Shown: positions 1 to 13,236 of the stretch, one piece after another
Layout: each line of letters opens with the position of its first letter
How positions within the stretch are numbered: position 1 is the stretch's first letter
NCBI GenBank assembly: GCA_014905635.1
Contig: CM026547.1
Coordinates: forward strand, 3,844,001 to 3,908,000
Reading direction: 5' to 3'
Source of the DNA: Scenedesmus sp. PABB004
Taxonomy: Eukaryota
DNA length: 64,000 nt
Notes under the pieces: model-generated
The model's database searches: none
Told to the model about the DNA's origin: nothing
Seen by the model: the letters and a program-made list of their open reading frames with translations, nothing else
Program-made: the position numbers and the translations under genes

Positions 1-879
1 CGGTCTCGGAGCTGCAGGCCAACTACGGCCTGCAGCACCCGCTCTGCCGCCCGCTGCTGTCGGTGCTCGACTGCCTCGGCATCTCTCGCCGCGAGGCGCA
101 CCTGCACGTGCTCAACCGCGCGCGCCGCCTGCTGCTCGACTGGGTCGCCGCGGTGCGCGCGTCCGACGCGGGCCGCGCGAGCGAGGCCGGCGGCGACGCG
201 CCGGAGAGCCGCGAGGAGATCGAGCTGCAGGCCAAGCTCGAGCGCCTGCTCAATGCCAGCTTCAAATACATGGGCGTCCCCGAGCTGCAGCAGGCGCGCG
301 CTGCAGGGCAGGCCCGCGCGGCGGCGGCGGCGGCCGCGGCGGCGGCCGCGGCGGCGGCCGGCGGCGGCCGGGCAGCGGCGGCGCGGCGGCGAGCCAGCGC
401 CGCGCAGTCGAACCGCGCCGGCGCCGCGCGGCAGGTGCCCATGGCGGTCATGGCGGCCATGGCCCGCGTGCCGGCGCCCTACCTCAAGCAGCTCGCGGAG
501 GACCGCGAGATCTTCAACGACCTCCCGCCCGCCGTCAAGCAGCAGGCGCGGCGGCGCCGGCGGCGGCTGCTGCGGCAGCGCTCGCACCCTGCCGCGAGCC
601 CCCGCGCGCGCTGCCCCTGCGCGGCCGCCTGCCCCGCGCCGCCGCCCAGCGCCGCCGCGCGCCGCCGCGCCGCGCCGCCGCAGGTGTATGAGTATGATCG
701 CAACCTGCTGCAGCAGGACGCCGTGCAGTACATCGCTGCCTACAAGTACGAGCTGGGCACCACGCTCACCGCGCTCAACATGCGCCAGTTTGTGCGCGCG
801 CGGCGCCGCGTCGCCGACAAGGCGCCGCTGAGCCGCGCGGGCAGCGGCGCGGGCGGCGCCGGCCGGCGAGCCCCGACGC

Positions 880-923
<44 letters not shown>

Positions 924-3900
924 GCGCGCCGCTGCCCAAGCCGGGCCGCGGCGGCGGGCGCGGGCGCGGCCACGCCGGCCGCAGCCCGCACGCTGGCGGC
1001 GGCTTCAGCGTGGTCTCGGTGCTCTCGGCCGTCAGTCGGGACCTGGGCCAGCCCGAGGCGGCGCCGCAGCCGCAGCAGCCGGCGCAGCGCACGCCGCTGC
1101 GCAAGCCGCCGGGCTCGCCGAGCGGTGCGCAGGGTGGCGCGCCGGGGCCGCCGCGGGCGGGCCCGCCGGCGCGCGCAGCCGGGCGGCGGCCGCAGGCCGC
1201 CCGAGCGCCGCCGGTGCCACCGCCTCTGCCGCGCCGCCCGCAGGCTCCTCCGGCGCCTCCCTCGCGCTGCTGGGCGGCGGCGGCCGCGCCGGCGCGGCCG
1301 CGGCGACGCCCGCGGGGCCGCTGATGTGCCGCAAGAAGCTGCGCAGCGGCAGCGGCGCGATCAAGCAGCTGCGCGAGATGGTCGGCAACAGCGGCAAGGT
1401 GTACGGCCACCTGGTGGAGCTGTGCGAGGTGCGCGGCCCGCGCCGCGCCGCGGGCGCGGCGCTCCACGCCCGGCCCGGCCCGGTGGCCCAGCGCCGCCGC
1501 GCGCGCCCGCGCTGACGCCGCTCGGCCCCGCCCGCCACGCTGCAGGTGCGGCTGAAGGAGAGCCCCAGCCCCTACCTGGGCGCAAAGGAGCTCTCCTACT
1601 GCGCGCTGCGCACGCAGCTGCTCATGTCGCTGCACGACTCCAGCCAGAAGGCCGGCGGCGCCAAGGCCGGCGCGCCGCGCAAGGAGCGGGACTTCCTGAC
1701 GCGGGTGCGTGCCGCGGCGGCGGCGGCGGCGGGGGAGGGCGGCCGCGCCGGCAGCCGGAAGCCGCGCGCGTGCCAGCCAGCGTGTGCCAGGGCCTGGGCC
1801 AAGCGGCCACGCCGCGCCCGCAGGTCCGCGAGCAGCTACCGCGCGAGGGCCGGTCGTACGACCTGGTGTGGCTGTTTGACGCCGCGCTCATCCAGCGCCG
1901 CCTCACGCTGCAGCACATGCGCAAGCTCGCGGAGCTCTTCGACTCCCACCTCAAGGTGCCGCGCCGCCGGCCGCGTCGGGAGCCGCGCGCGCGGCCGCCG
2001 CGCGCGCTGTGTGGCCCCGCCGCAGACGCGGGCGCTTTGCGTCACAAACCGCGCGCCGACGCTGACGCTGGCTCTGCCGTGCCCGCCCCGCCCCGCCCCG
2101 CCCCGCCCCCGCCCCTGCCCGCCCCGCCCCGCCCCCAACAGCCGCCGTCGCGCTTCCTGGAGGAGGAGGAGGAGCTGCAGCGCGCCGCGAGCGGCGCGGC
2201 CGCCGCGGCCGCGGCCGCGGCCAAGGGCCGCCTCGGCCGCACGCCCGCCGCCGCGGCGACGGCGGCGCTCGCCAAGCGCCCCGCGCCGCCGCCGCCGCGG
2301 CGCGACGCCGGCGGCGGGAGTGGGCGCAAGCGCGCGCGCCTCTCCGGCGGCGCGAGCCGCGCGGGCTACGACGACGACGACGGCGACCCGGAGGAGTTCA
2401 AAGACTTCATCGATGACCTCGACGCCGAGGACGCGTGCGGCGCCAACGCGCGCACGCAGGACCGGTGCGCGCGGTGCGGCGCCGCCCGCGCGCCACGCCG
2501 CGCGGCGCCGCCCGCGCGCCACGCCGCGCGGCGGTGCGCGCGCCGCCGACCGCGCCGCGCCCGCGGCCGCAGGTGGCTGGCGGAGGCGGGCATGGTGCTG
2601 CGCGACCCGCCCGCGATGCACCTGCTGGCCGCCGAGGTCGTGGAGACGCTGCACCGGTGCGGCGCCGGCGCGCGGCGCTGCACCGACGTGCAGCGCGCGC
2701 GGCCGCAACGCACACCGCCGCTGCCGCCGCCGCCGCCGCCCGCAGCTGCCTCGCCTGCGGGCGCCTGCCGTGCGACGTGCCGCAGCTGTCGTGGCTGCTG
2801 CGGCTGATGGCGCTCGGCGTGTCGGCGCGCACCAGCCTGCGCGAGGCGCAGTACGTCATGCCGCCGCACCCGGGCAGCGACCTGCGCACGGTGCGCGCCG
2901 CGGCGCGCCGGGTGGAGTTGGCCCGCTCGCGCGTCGCCCCCCGGCGGCGCCCGGCCGCGGCCCCACGCGTCACCCCGCGCCGCCTGCCGCGCCAGGTGTG
3001 GGCGGAGCTGCTCGTGCTGCTGGCGGAGGGCGAGATTGACGCCGAGCCATGGGACCAGGACCGCGTGCGCGCGCCGGGGCAGGCCAGCGGCGCGTCGGCG
3101 GCGGCCGAGGACGCCGACGGCGCGGCGGGGCGCGCCGCGGCGGCCGAGGCGGGGCAGCGCGGCTGGCAGCTGCTTGTCGCCGAGTACAGCCGGCACGAGG
3201 TGCTGCGGCGCGTGGTGCAGGTGCGGCGCGGCGGGCCCCACGCTCCGCCGCCCCCGCCGCGTCGCTCACACGTTCGCGCGTGCATGCCCGATACACACTG
3301 ACGCGCGCAGATGCTGGTGCTGGACCGGCTGGCAAACCTCGATTTCATGACCGCCGGCACGCTGCTGGCGCTGATCGTGGCCAGCCGGCACCTCGCCACG
3401 CCCGCGGCGATCCCCGAGTACGCCCCCTTTGCGCACAGCCTCGCCTGCATGCTGCAGGACGTGGTCAAGGCCAAGGGCACGGGCCCGGGCTGCGCGTTCT
3501 GGGGCGTCGCGGTGGACCAGGTGCTCGTCCCGCTCGTTGACGCGGACAGCCAGGTGCACGTCGAGGTGCTCTCGCTGCTGCTGCTGGTGTGCAAGGACAT
3601 CCAGCCCGCGGCGCTCGCGGGCACGCTGGGGCTGATGATCACCGCCACCGCGGGCAGCCGCGCGCGCGCGAGCAGCCAGAAGCGCAAGTTTGCGAGCATC
3701 GCCGCCGCGGCCGACGGCGGCGGCGCCGGCGGCGGCGGCCGCGGCGGCGTGCCGGGCTACACCAGCCTGCCCGGCGGCGCGGCGAGCGAGTGGAGCGACG
3801 GCTTCCGCGCCGTGCGCAGCGCCAAGTACGGCGGCAGCAGCGACAGCGTGGCGCAGCAGTACCGGCGCCTCGTGGTCGTGGGGCAGCTGCACGACAAGGA

Positions 3901-4078
3901 GGGCCTCTGGCCCCAGTCGCTCGCCAAGTACATGCAGGAGCTGGAGGACCGCCGGCAGGCGGAGGAGGCGGCGCGCCGCGCCGAGCGCGAGCGCCGGGCC
4001 GCGCGCGGCGGCGACGACGACGATGACGACGACGACGACGGGCGCGGCGACGAGGCGGGCGGCAGCCAGCGCGGCTAG
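1..4078 (+). CDS. NELFB: Negative elongation factor B (COBRA1) homolog; multi-exon, 5'-truncated by the window
   Basis: Spliced exons give LERLLNASFKYMGVPELQQ|VPMAVM..VKQQ|VYEYD, LREMVGNSGKVY, YCALRTQLLMSLHD, AGMVLRDP and LSWLLRLMALG, collinear with the NELF-B motifs I recall (LEDLLEKSF, YCTLRAELLMSLHD, LLLLLRLLALG). Stop TAG at 4076-4078; TGTAA at 4205. Confidence 0.85.
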
Positions 4079-4274
4079 CGAGCGGCTGGCGCGGCTTCCG
4101 GCGAGCGGCGGGCGGAGGCGGCGCGCGCGGCGCCGGCGCTCCGCGCGTGGGCCCGCGCCGGGGAGGCGCCGGGCGCGGTGCGGAGCGGGGGCATGTTGCG
4201 CTGCTGTAAACAAGAGATTGCCCCGGGAGCCTGCCGCCCGTTTGACCCCAAGTTGACCAGCACGGCCGCGCCTC

Positions 4275-5900
4275 TCACAGCGCCGGCGTCGCCCCCGCCA
4301 TGGCCTCGCACTCGAGCATCTGCGGGCGCTCCCTGGCTGCCCAGCCGCGGATGTTGCTGAACTCCTGCGCCCACGCGGCGGGGGCGGCAGGCGCGCGCTG
4401 GCCGGGCGGGAGCGCAGCGGCGTGCCAGCGGCGACGCCCCCCGCCAGCCCGCGTGGGGCGCTGCGCGGCCGCCCCCGCGCCTGGCGGATCTGGTCGACGG
4501 TGCCGAGGGTGATGAAGCAGTGATACACGAGCTCCATGCCGGGCGTGATGGCAAAGCGCATCGTGGGCGCAAAGTAGCTGCGGCGCCGGCGGCGGCCGCG
4601 GGGCGCCGCGCGCGCGCTCAGAGATTGGCGCCCCCGCGCGACGGCCGCGGGGGGCGCCGGCGGCAGCGTTTGCCCCGCGCACGCGCCTGCAGTCGCTGCA
4701 CGCGGCGCTGCCGTCGGGGCCGACGCGGTACGCGGTCAGGGACCGCGCGGCGGGCGTCCACACGCCCACGCCGACGCCCGTGCCGGGGTCGACGTAGGCC
4801 GCCCAGCTTTCGGTGATCGCGTAGTTCTCTTTGGTGGTGGGGGTGGAGGGGGGGGGGGGTGCAGAGGGGCGGCGGCGGGCGCGTGGGCGGCACCCAGACA
4901 GGCGCGCGCGCGCGGCCCCGACAGCCATCCCGTGCCCGCGCCCGGCGCGGTGCCGGCGCGGCGCGGCGCGCACCGTTGGTCGCCCCCGGCGCCTTGCGCT
5001 GCAACGCCTTGCCCTGCCAGGGCTCGGGGCCGTCGTAGAAGACGAGCTGCCCGAGGCGGCGGTCGAGGAAGACCGCGGGCAGCTCCTGGATCTTGGGCGG
5101 GTGCTGCGCGCCGCCGGCGTAGGTCATCGTGAACTTCAGGTGCGCGTGACGTGCGTTGAGCGTGACGTCGGCCCTCATCGTCACCTCCTCCACCAGCTCC
5201 TGCCCCGCCCAGTTGCGGGGGTTAACGCAGGTCGCGATGCTCCCCGGCTTGGGTATGCAGCACTCGTGCACCTTGGCGGGGCGGTTCTGCCAGCTCCCGC
5301 ACTGCACCGGGTTCCAGTGCCACGGCTTGCCGTTCCAGTTGCTCCCGTCGGGCCCGCCGTAGTACGACTGCTGGATGAAGCGCCCGCAGTCGTACCCTAG
5401 CAGGCGCGGCGCGGCGCGGGCGGCGTGGGGTGGTGTGGTGTGACCGTGGCGCGGCGCGGCGTGGCGCGGCGCGGCGCGGCGCACTCGGCGCGCGGCGCGG
5501 CGCGGCGCAGTCGACAGTCAGCGGCGGCGGTCGGGTGCCTCCCGCCGCAGTGAGCGCCGCACGCCTGACTGCTCACCGTTGAGCAGGTTGTGGTCGCTGC
5601 CCGCGGCGCTGAGCCAGCAGATGCCGCCGCCGCGCTCGGGATCGACGCCCACGCTGGAGCGGCGGCGGCAGCGGTGCCGCGGGCAGCGGCGCGCGCAGAG
5701 AGCGGTGCGGCGTGCTGTGAGCTGAGCCTGACTCGTAACACGGCGCCTGGGCTGCTGGATCGCGCAGCGCACGCCCTGTTGAGCGGTGCCTGCCGCCCAC
5801 GCGCCGCCCTGGCGCCCCTGCACGACGCTGTCCAGCGTCAGATCTCTCACCGCAGATGCTCGTTCTCCACCAGCAGCAGGCGCGGGTCGGGCGCGGCCAT
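4275..5900 (-). CDS. Conserved hypothetical protein (GRxIQQSYYG / WxWNPVQ family), 6 exons
   Basis: Spliced: MAAPDPRLLLVENEHLR|VGVDPERGGGICWLSAAGSDHNLLN|GYDCGRFIQQSYYG..WHWNPVQCGSW..QELPAVF..|ENYAITESWAAYVDP..CS|YFAPTMRF..|EFSNIRG..PAL*. Coding-like codon use and clean splice sites. Confidence 0.75.
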
Positions 5901-6247
5901 CACGCGCGGCGGCGGGCGCCGCGCCGCGGCGGGGACGCGAGGGCTTGAGCTGGGGCCGGCGCGGCCGACAGAGGTGCGGCGCCGTGGGTGCCTGTGCGCA
6001 AGCGGCGCCGGCACGCGCGCGCGCGCGCGGGTCACGCGCACAGGCTGGGGTGCAGCGCCGGGGCTCAGGGATTGGGTTTCATCGACGACCTCGCACACCT
6101 ACTCGCACCGCGCACGGGCCCGCACCCCGCCACGTCCGCCCGCCCCGGGCGCGGCGCGGCCAAAACAGGGCGCGCGCGGCGCGCCGCCCGCCCGCCGCCG
6201 CCCGCCCGCCCGGCCCCGCCGCCGCCGCCGCCGCCGCCGCCGCGTGC

Positions 6248-8281
6248 TCAGTGGTCCTCGTCGGGCACGTCGACGGGCTTGCAGGCCTTGGGCGCGACGC
6301 CGGCAAAGGCGGGGTCCTTGATGCGGAACACGCGGTCCAGCACCTCCTCGACCGCGCGGTCGGGCGTGGACGCGCCGCTCGTGACCGCGATCGTGAGCGG
6401 GCCCTCGGGCAGCCAGTTGGCCGTCTCCTTGAGCTCGCCCCAGCCCGTCTTGTGGAGGAGCTTGTTCCCCGCGACGTCGATGCGCGCGGCCGAGTCGACC
6501 CAGAACGACGGCAGGCCGCGGTGCTCCGCGATCTCCTGCAGGTGGCTCGTGTTGCTGCTGTTGAAGCCGCCCACCACGAGCATCATGTCGATGCTCGGGT
6601 CCTCGATGATCTCGTACATCGCGTCCTGCCGCTCCTGCGACATCATCGTGCGGCGCGGCGGCGGCGGTGCGCGGCTCGGCGCGCGGCGCGCGCGGGGCTC
6701 TGCGCGCACGGCGCCCGCGAGGCGGCGACGCGGCGCGCGCGCGCGGCGCGCCTGCGTTGCGTCGCAGATTGTGTCCATGAGCATGAAGTGGCTGTTGAGC
6801 TCGGCGGGGCCGTACTTGGCCATCATGGTGCGCTCGAGCATCTTGCCAATCTCCTGCGTGTCGCCCTTGAGCATCGTCGTCTGCGCGCCGACGCAAGGGC
6901 GCGCGGGCGGCGGGGCGGCGGCGGGCGTGGGCGCGCGGGCGGCGGGGCGGCGGCGGGCGTGGGCAGGCGGCGGCGCCGGCGCGGCCGCGCGCCGCCGCGC
7001 GCCTGGTTGGCGAGGCCCACGCGGTGCAGGTCGGTGTCGGGGTCGAAGCCCGCCGACACGGCCTTGGCAAAGTGCGCGAGGAACGCGTCGCGGTCGCCGC
7101 CGCTCGTGATGTAGTCGCAGACCATCTGCGCCTCGGCGATGTCGCGGACGATGATGTAGCTGTCGGCAAAGCTCGCCGTCGCGATCGTCTCCTCGTGGCT
7201 GTACTTGCCGTGGATGACGCTCGTGTACGCCTTGCGCGCGTGCGTGTCGACGCTGTTCCACACCTTGGCAACCCAGGGGCAGGTCGTGTCGACCATCTTG
7301 ACGCCGCGCTCCTTGAACAGCGACATCTCCTGCACCGTCGCGCCAAAGGCGGGGAAGATGACCACGTCGCCCTCGCCGATGCGGCTGTAGTCCTTGCCCT
7401 CCTCGTCGTCCTCAAAGATCTCAATGTCCAGCTCGCGCAGGCGCTGGCGGCGGCGGCGGGCGCGGGGTCGGGCGCGGCGCCTGGCGCCGCGCGCCGCGCC
7501 CCGCGCGCCGCCTCCGCCTGCGCGCCCGCCGCCGCGCCCGCCGCCGCGCCAGCGCTGCGCCGCCGCGCCCCTGCCGCCCCTGCCGCCCCTGCCACGCCGC
7601 GCCGCGCCACGCCGCACCTGGTTGACCTCCGGGTTGTGGATGATCTCGTTGGTGATGTAGAGCTTGCGGTCGGGGTTGGCGTTGCGCGCCTCGTACGCCA
7701 TGCGCACCGCGCGCTCCACGCCCCAGCAGTAGCCGTACGCCTTGGCCAGCTTGACCGTGACCTCGCCCTGCTGCCACGCGTTGCCGTTTTCCCGCATCTG
7801 CGCGACCAGGCCCGAGAGCGAGTAGCCGACGCCGTGCTCCTCCATCAGCGCCTGGCTCTTCTCGTCCTTGGTCGGCTGCCGCACGTAGCGCCCCGTCGCG
7901 TTCAGCGACCGACGCACCGCGCGGCCGTCCACCTTGTTGGTGTCGGCTGCGGCGCGGCGCGGCGCGGGGCGCGTCGGCGCAGCAGCGCGCAGCAGCGCGC
8001 TGCTGCCGCTCGCCGGCGCGCGCAGCGCCGCCGCGAGCCGGCGGCGCTGCTGGGCGGGGCTAGGCGCTGCGCTGGTGGCCAATGGGGCGCGTCGCGCGCC
8101 ACGGCGCATGCGGGCGCCAGGCGCGCGGGGCGGGCGGGTGCGCGGGTCGATGGCCGCCCAGGCCCGCACCTGCGACGGACGCCGCCACGCGCACGCAGCG
8201 ACGACCGGCGGCGCGGCCGGGGGCGACGCCGCGACGCGACGCCGGCCCCGCCTGCGCCGTGGCGCCGCGCTGCTGCAGCAT
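6248..8281 (-). CDS. ispH: 4-hydroxy-3-methylbut-2-enyl diphosphate reductase (HDR/LytB), plastid-targeted, 5 exons
   Basis: Motifs [58 protein letters not shown] and TSGASTPD. N-terminal transit peptide [10 protein letters not shown]. Confidence 0.95.
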
Positions 8282-8621
8282 CGGGGCGCTTGCTCGGCAC
8301 GCGCGCGCGCGGCTGCTGTTCGCGGCACGGCGGCGTGAGGCTCGCGGGTCTGGGGAGCGGACGGGCACGATGCACGCAGCAATCGCACCCCGAATGCTCG
8401 CTCCGCCCGCTCGCCTGCCCGCGCGCAAACACAAGAACAGCCCGTGCGCTCTGCACCACGCCACTGGAGGCCCCGACAGCGGCAGCGTCCGACGCGTGAA
8501 GGGCGCGCGAGCGCCGATCGGCGGCGGCTCCCGCGCCGTGCGCCTCGACAACGCCGCAGCAGCGCGCCGCGCCGCGCCCGCCGCCGGTGCCGCCGGGGGC
8601 CGCCGCCCCGCGCCGCCGGTC

Positions 8622-11600
8622 ATGGGCGGCGGCGGCGCCTACGTGTCGCACGTGGGCGAGGGCCTGGCGAGCCTGGGCGACGTGGCGGAGCTGCGCGACC
8701 CCGGCGCCGCGTGCGCGCTGCGCGTGCTCAACCTGCACGCCAACGCGCTGTGCCGGCTCGGGCCCGGCCTGGCCGCCTGCAGCGGCCTGGTGTCCCTCAA
8801 CCTCTCCAGCAACCGCCTGACCAGCCTGGAGGGCCTCGGCGGCCTCGCCGCCCTGACGAGCCTCAACGTCGCGGCCAACCGCCTGCCCGACCTGCGCGGC
8901 CTTGGCGGCCTGTCGCGCCTCGCGGCGCTCAACGCGTCGCACAACCGCCTCACCTGCGTCGCGGGCCTGGCGGAGCTGCACGCGGCGGGGCGGCTGGAGA
9001 GCGTCAACCTGCAGCACAACGCGCTCGCGTCGCTCGCCGACCTCGCGCCCCTCGCGGGCTGCACGCGCCTGTCGGCGCTGCGCGTCGGCGGCAACCCGGC
9101 CACGCTCGCGGCGGCGGCGTACGCGGCGCTGCGGCAGGTGCTGCCGCAGGTGCGCCAGCTCGACGAGGGCGAGGCGGCCAGCCTCGCCGCGAGCTGGCAG
9201 CTCGCGTCGGCGCAGCTCGCGGCGCTCGAGCAGCAGGGCGGCCGGCGGGCGGCGCCAGCAGAGCAGCCATGGGAGCCGCGGCACGAGCGCCGCGGCGACG
9301 CCGGCACCAGGGCGGCCAAGCAGCAGGCGCGCGAGGGCCGCGGCGCGGGCGCGCGCAGCCCGGCGCGGCCCCGCGCGCGGCCGGCGGCGCGTGACGCGTC
9401 GCCCAGCCGCAGCAGCAGCTGCGGCGGCGCCAGCAGCAGCTGCGGCGAGAGCAGCAGCGGCGGCGGCATGAGCTGCGACGACCGGCCGGATGACCGTGTC
9501 GGGGACGCCGGCACCAGCCCCGGGAAGCGGCGGCAGCGGCCGGCGCTGCCGGCGGCGCAGGATGCCGACCAGCAGCTGCGGTCCGCCGGCCGGCACTGCA
9601 AGCAGCACAGGCAGCAGGCCAGGGGCGGCAGCGAAGGCCGCGCGGCGGCGGCGGCGGCGCAGCAGCAGCAGGAGGGCGCGGGCTGGCCGCCGCCGGGCGT
9701 GCAAGCTGGCGTGCAGACGGCCGACTTTGTGCCGCCGGTGATGGAGCGGCTGCAGGCGGAGGCGGCGCAGCTGCGGGAGCAGCTGGCCAAGCTCATAGGT
9801 AGGCTGCGGCCTGCCGGGCGGGGGCGCTCGCGCCAGCAGCGCGCCCGCCCGCTCGCCCCCGCAGCCCAGCTGCGGCGCCCCGCCGCCGCGCGCCGCAGAC
9901 GAGCTCGACCGCAGCCGCGGCGCGGAGGCGGCGCTGCGGCAGCAGGTGTGCGACGCCATCCGCAGCGCCGAGGCCGAGGCGCACCGCAAGGTCGAGGACA
10001 GCTACCAGGAGGCGTCCTTTGCCGGTGAGGCCCGGCGGCGGACGGCGCGTGGCGTGGCGGGGGGCCGCGGCGGCGCGCTCACGCGTCGCCGGCCACGCGC
10101 AGTGTCCAAGGCGCTGGAGCAGCTGGACGCCGCCGCGCGCGAGGCCGCGGCCGCCAAGCAGCGGGGCGCGCAGCTGGAGCAGGAGCTCGCGGCCGCGCGG
10201 TCGGCGACGGAGCAGGCGCACACGGACGCGACCAGGTGCGGCGCAGCCGCCGCGCCGCGATGGGGCTGGCTGGCTCCTTCGCCGCGCTGGCTGCCCGAGC
10301 GAGCGCCGGCGGCTGCGATCGCGCGCCTGCCACCGCGCCGTGCCGCAGGCTGCGCGCCGAGCTGCAGCAGGCGGTTGCCAGGGCGGAGCAGCAGCAGGCG
10401 GCCGCGGCGCTCGCGATGGCGCAGGAGCGCGAGCGCCACGTGGGCGAGGAGCGCGCGGCGCAGCAGCAGGTGCAGCAGCTCACGTCGGACCTGGCAGTCG
10501 CGCAGGTGAGGTGACGCGAGGCAGCCGGGCCGCTGGCCGTCGCGCGGGGACCCTCGGCCAGCGCGGCGCGGCGCCGGCGGCGGCCGCCAACCGCCGATCG
10601 CCCGCAGGCGGCCGCGAGCGCGGCGGAGCAGCAGGTCGCGAGCCTCGAGGCGGCGCTGCAAAAGGGCAGCGAGGCCACGGTCAGCATGACCGAAAAGGTG
10701 GCCGCCGCGCTGGCCACGGCCAACGCGCAGGTTGAGGCGCTCAAGGTGGGGCGCCCACGGCCGGGGCGGGCTGCGCCTGGCGCTGGCGCTGGTGCTGCGG
10801 GCGCTGCGGGCGCCACGGCCGCCGCCGCCGTCCCGCGACCGCGCAGGCGCAGATGGCGGAGGGCGAGTCGGAGCTGGCCCGTGCGCACAAGGCGCTGAGC
10901 ACCGCGCGCGCTGAGGCCCAGGTGGCCAAGGACGCGCTCGCGGCGGCGCAGCGGGAGCGGCGAGAGGAGGTGGCCGCGCTGCGCCAGCAGCACGACGCCG
11001 CGCTCGACAAGGCGCGGCGCGCGCGGGCTGCAGGCTGTGGCGGCGCCGCTCGCTCCCGCGCGCCCCTCCGGGCCACCCCGCCGCGCCGCGCCCGCCACAC
11101 AGGCGCGCAGCAGCGCGGGCAGCGAGGCCACCGAGCTGCGCGCCGCGCTGGGCGCGCTGGGCACCGAGAAGGCCGCCGTCAGCGAGCAGCTGGCGGTGCT
11201 CAAGGCGCAGCTCTGCTTCATGCTGCAGGAGAGCGACCGCGAGAGCCAGGAGCTGCAGCAGCAGCTCGCCCGCGGCGCCGAGGAGCGCGCGCAGCTGGCC
11301 GCCGCCGCGGCCGCCGCCGCAGCGCAGCAGCGCGAGCAGCAGGCGCTCGTGTCCGACCTCACGCACGCGGTGCAGCAGCAGAAGTCCCAGCTCCAGGTGC
11401 GGCGCTGAAGCACCTATGTGCGAAGCGGCGCGAGGCGGGGTGCCCGCTGATGCTGATGGGCGCGCCGCGCGCCCTGGCAGGCCCTGCAGCAGGACAAGGA
11501 GTCGCTGCAGCGTCAGCTGGCGCGCTGCACGCCCGCCGAGTTTGACCGCCTCCACAGCGAGCTGCTCGTCGCCAAGCGCAAGGCGGCGGAGCTCGCCGGC

Positions 11601-12851
11601 GTGCAGGAGCAGCTGGCGCGGCACAGGCAGCTGCACAGCGACGCGGAGGCGCGCCTCGCCGAGCTGCAGGTGCGTGCGTGCAGCGCGCCGGCTCTCGCGC
11701 GCCCGCCGCCGCCGCGTCCAGGCGGCGCAGCTGAGCCCGGGGGCCGCCCGCCCGCCGCAGAGCGGCGCCGCGCGCAGCCACGAGGACGCGGCCGCGAAGC
11801 AGGCGGCCCTGGCGGCGCAGCTCAGGGCGGCCAGGGACGAGCTGGGCGGGCTTCGGGCGGAGCAGTCGCAGCTGCAGGCGCAGCTCGCCGCCGCGCAGGA
11901 CGCCGTCAAGGTGCGGGCGGGGCGGGGCGAGGCGGGGCACGCGTCGCAATCACGCGCCCGCCGGCCTCGCTGCGACGGCGCGGCCGTCACTCCGCCGCGG
12001 TCCCGCGGGCCGCAGGTCAAGGCGGCCATGGTGGACGACGCCCACGCCACGGTCGCGCAGCTCAAGTCGGAGCTGGCCGAGCTGCAGCGCGACGCCGACG
12101 AGGCGCGGCGCGGCGCGCGGCAGGCGGTCGCGGCGGCCGAGCGCGCCGCGGACGCGGCGGGCGCCGAGTCGGAGGCCCTGCGCGGCGAGGTGGCCGCCGG
12201 CGAGGCGGCGATCGAGCAGCTCGAGCGCGCGCTCGCGGGCGCGACGGCGCGCGCGGCGGACGCCGAGGCGCGCGCCAAGGCGGCGGCCGAGGCGGCGGCG
12301 GAGAAGGACAGCATGATCAAGTGCGGCTGGACGCCGCGGCGCGCGCCGGGCCCGGTCCTGCAGGGGCGCCAGCCCCTGCGTGAGGCACACGCGCGCGGTC
12401 GCCCCCAGCGCGCACCGACCCTGCCGCGGCTGCGGGCGCCGCCGCCGCGGGCGCGCGCAGGTTTGTTGAGACTGAGGTGGAGCGCGTGAAGGTCATGTTT
12501 GAGCAGCGGGAGGGCCGCCTGCGCGGCGAGCGCGACGCGGCGCAGCGCGCGGCAGCGGAGGTGCGCGCCGACCGGGACGCGCTCGAGGAGCAGGCGGGCG
12601 AGCTGCAGTCGCGCCTGTCGGCGGCGGGCGCGCAGCTGGAGCAGCAGCGCGCCGCGGCGGCGCAGGCCGCCCGGGCGGCCGCGAGCGCGCAGGCCGCGGC
12701 CGCCACGGCCGAGGCGGAGGCGAGCGCGCAGGCGGCCCGCGCGGCCGAGGTGGAGCAGGAGATGGCGCAGCTGCTGGCGGCGGTGGAGGCCCAAAAGGCG
12801 GCGTCGGCGGTGAAGATGCGGCAGCTCGCCACGCTGCTCTCCGACATGTGA
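8622..12851 (+). CDS. VFL1: Leucine-rich repeat and coiled-coil centriolar protein (VFL1/LRRCC1-like)
   Basis: N-terminal LRRs (LNLHANAL, LNLSSNRLTSLEGL, LNVAANRL, LNASHNRL, LRVGGNP) followed by long multi-exon coiled coils ending VEQEMAQLLAAVEAQK..LLSDM*. Confidence 0.7.
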
Positions 12852-13236
12852 CGGAGCGGGGTCGGGCACGCGCGCGCGCCGAGGCAACGACCGGCCCCCA
12901 GAGCTCGGCCGCGCGAGCGACCTGGCAGCTCCCAGCTCGAAGAGCGGGTGTGGCAGCTCTATGCGCACAAAGGCAGCGCCCCTAGCCCTCAACTCGACGG
13001 CGTCGAGTTCCGGTCGCTCGTCGATGGCGCTGCCCACGTGTGGCCCGCGTGCTGCGCCCCCCCCCCTCCCCCCGCCTGCGCCGCCCCGCCGCCCCCGCCC
13101 CGCCGCGTCCTAAGCCGCACCGCCGAGCTGCCGCGCCAGCTCCCGCGGGCCCGCGGCCTGCCTGACGGCCGTCGCGGCGCGGCGCAGCGGCGGCGACAGC
13201 GGCGCGGCGCCGCCGCCCGGGAGGCCTCGCTTCGCG

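Noticed and set aside
10002..13037. 1011-aa minus-strand ORF and many similar long Ala/Arg/Pro/Gly-rich ORFs
   Set aside because: They are antisense or off-frame shadows of real spliced genes. Stop codons are rare at this GC content and the ORFs have no domain motifs.
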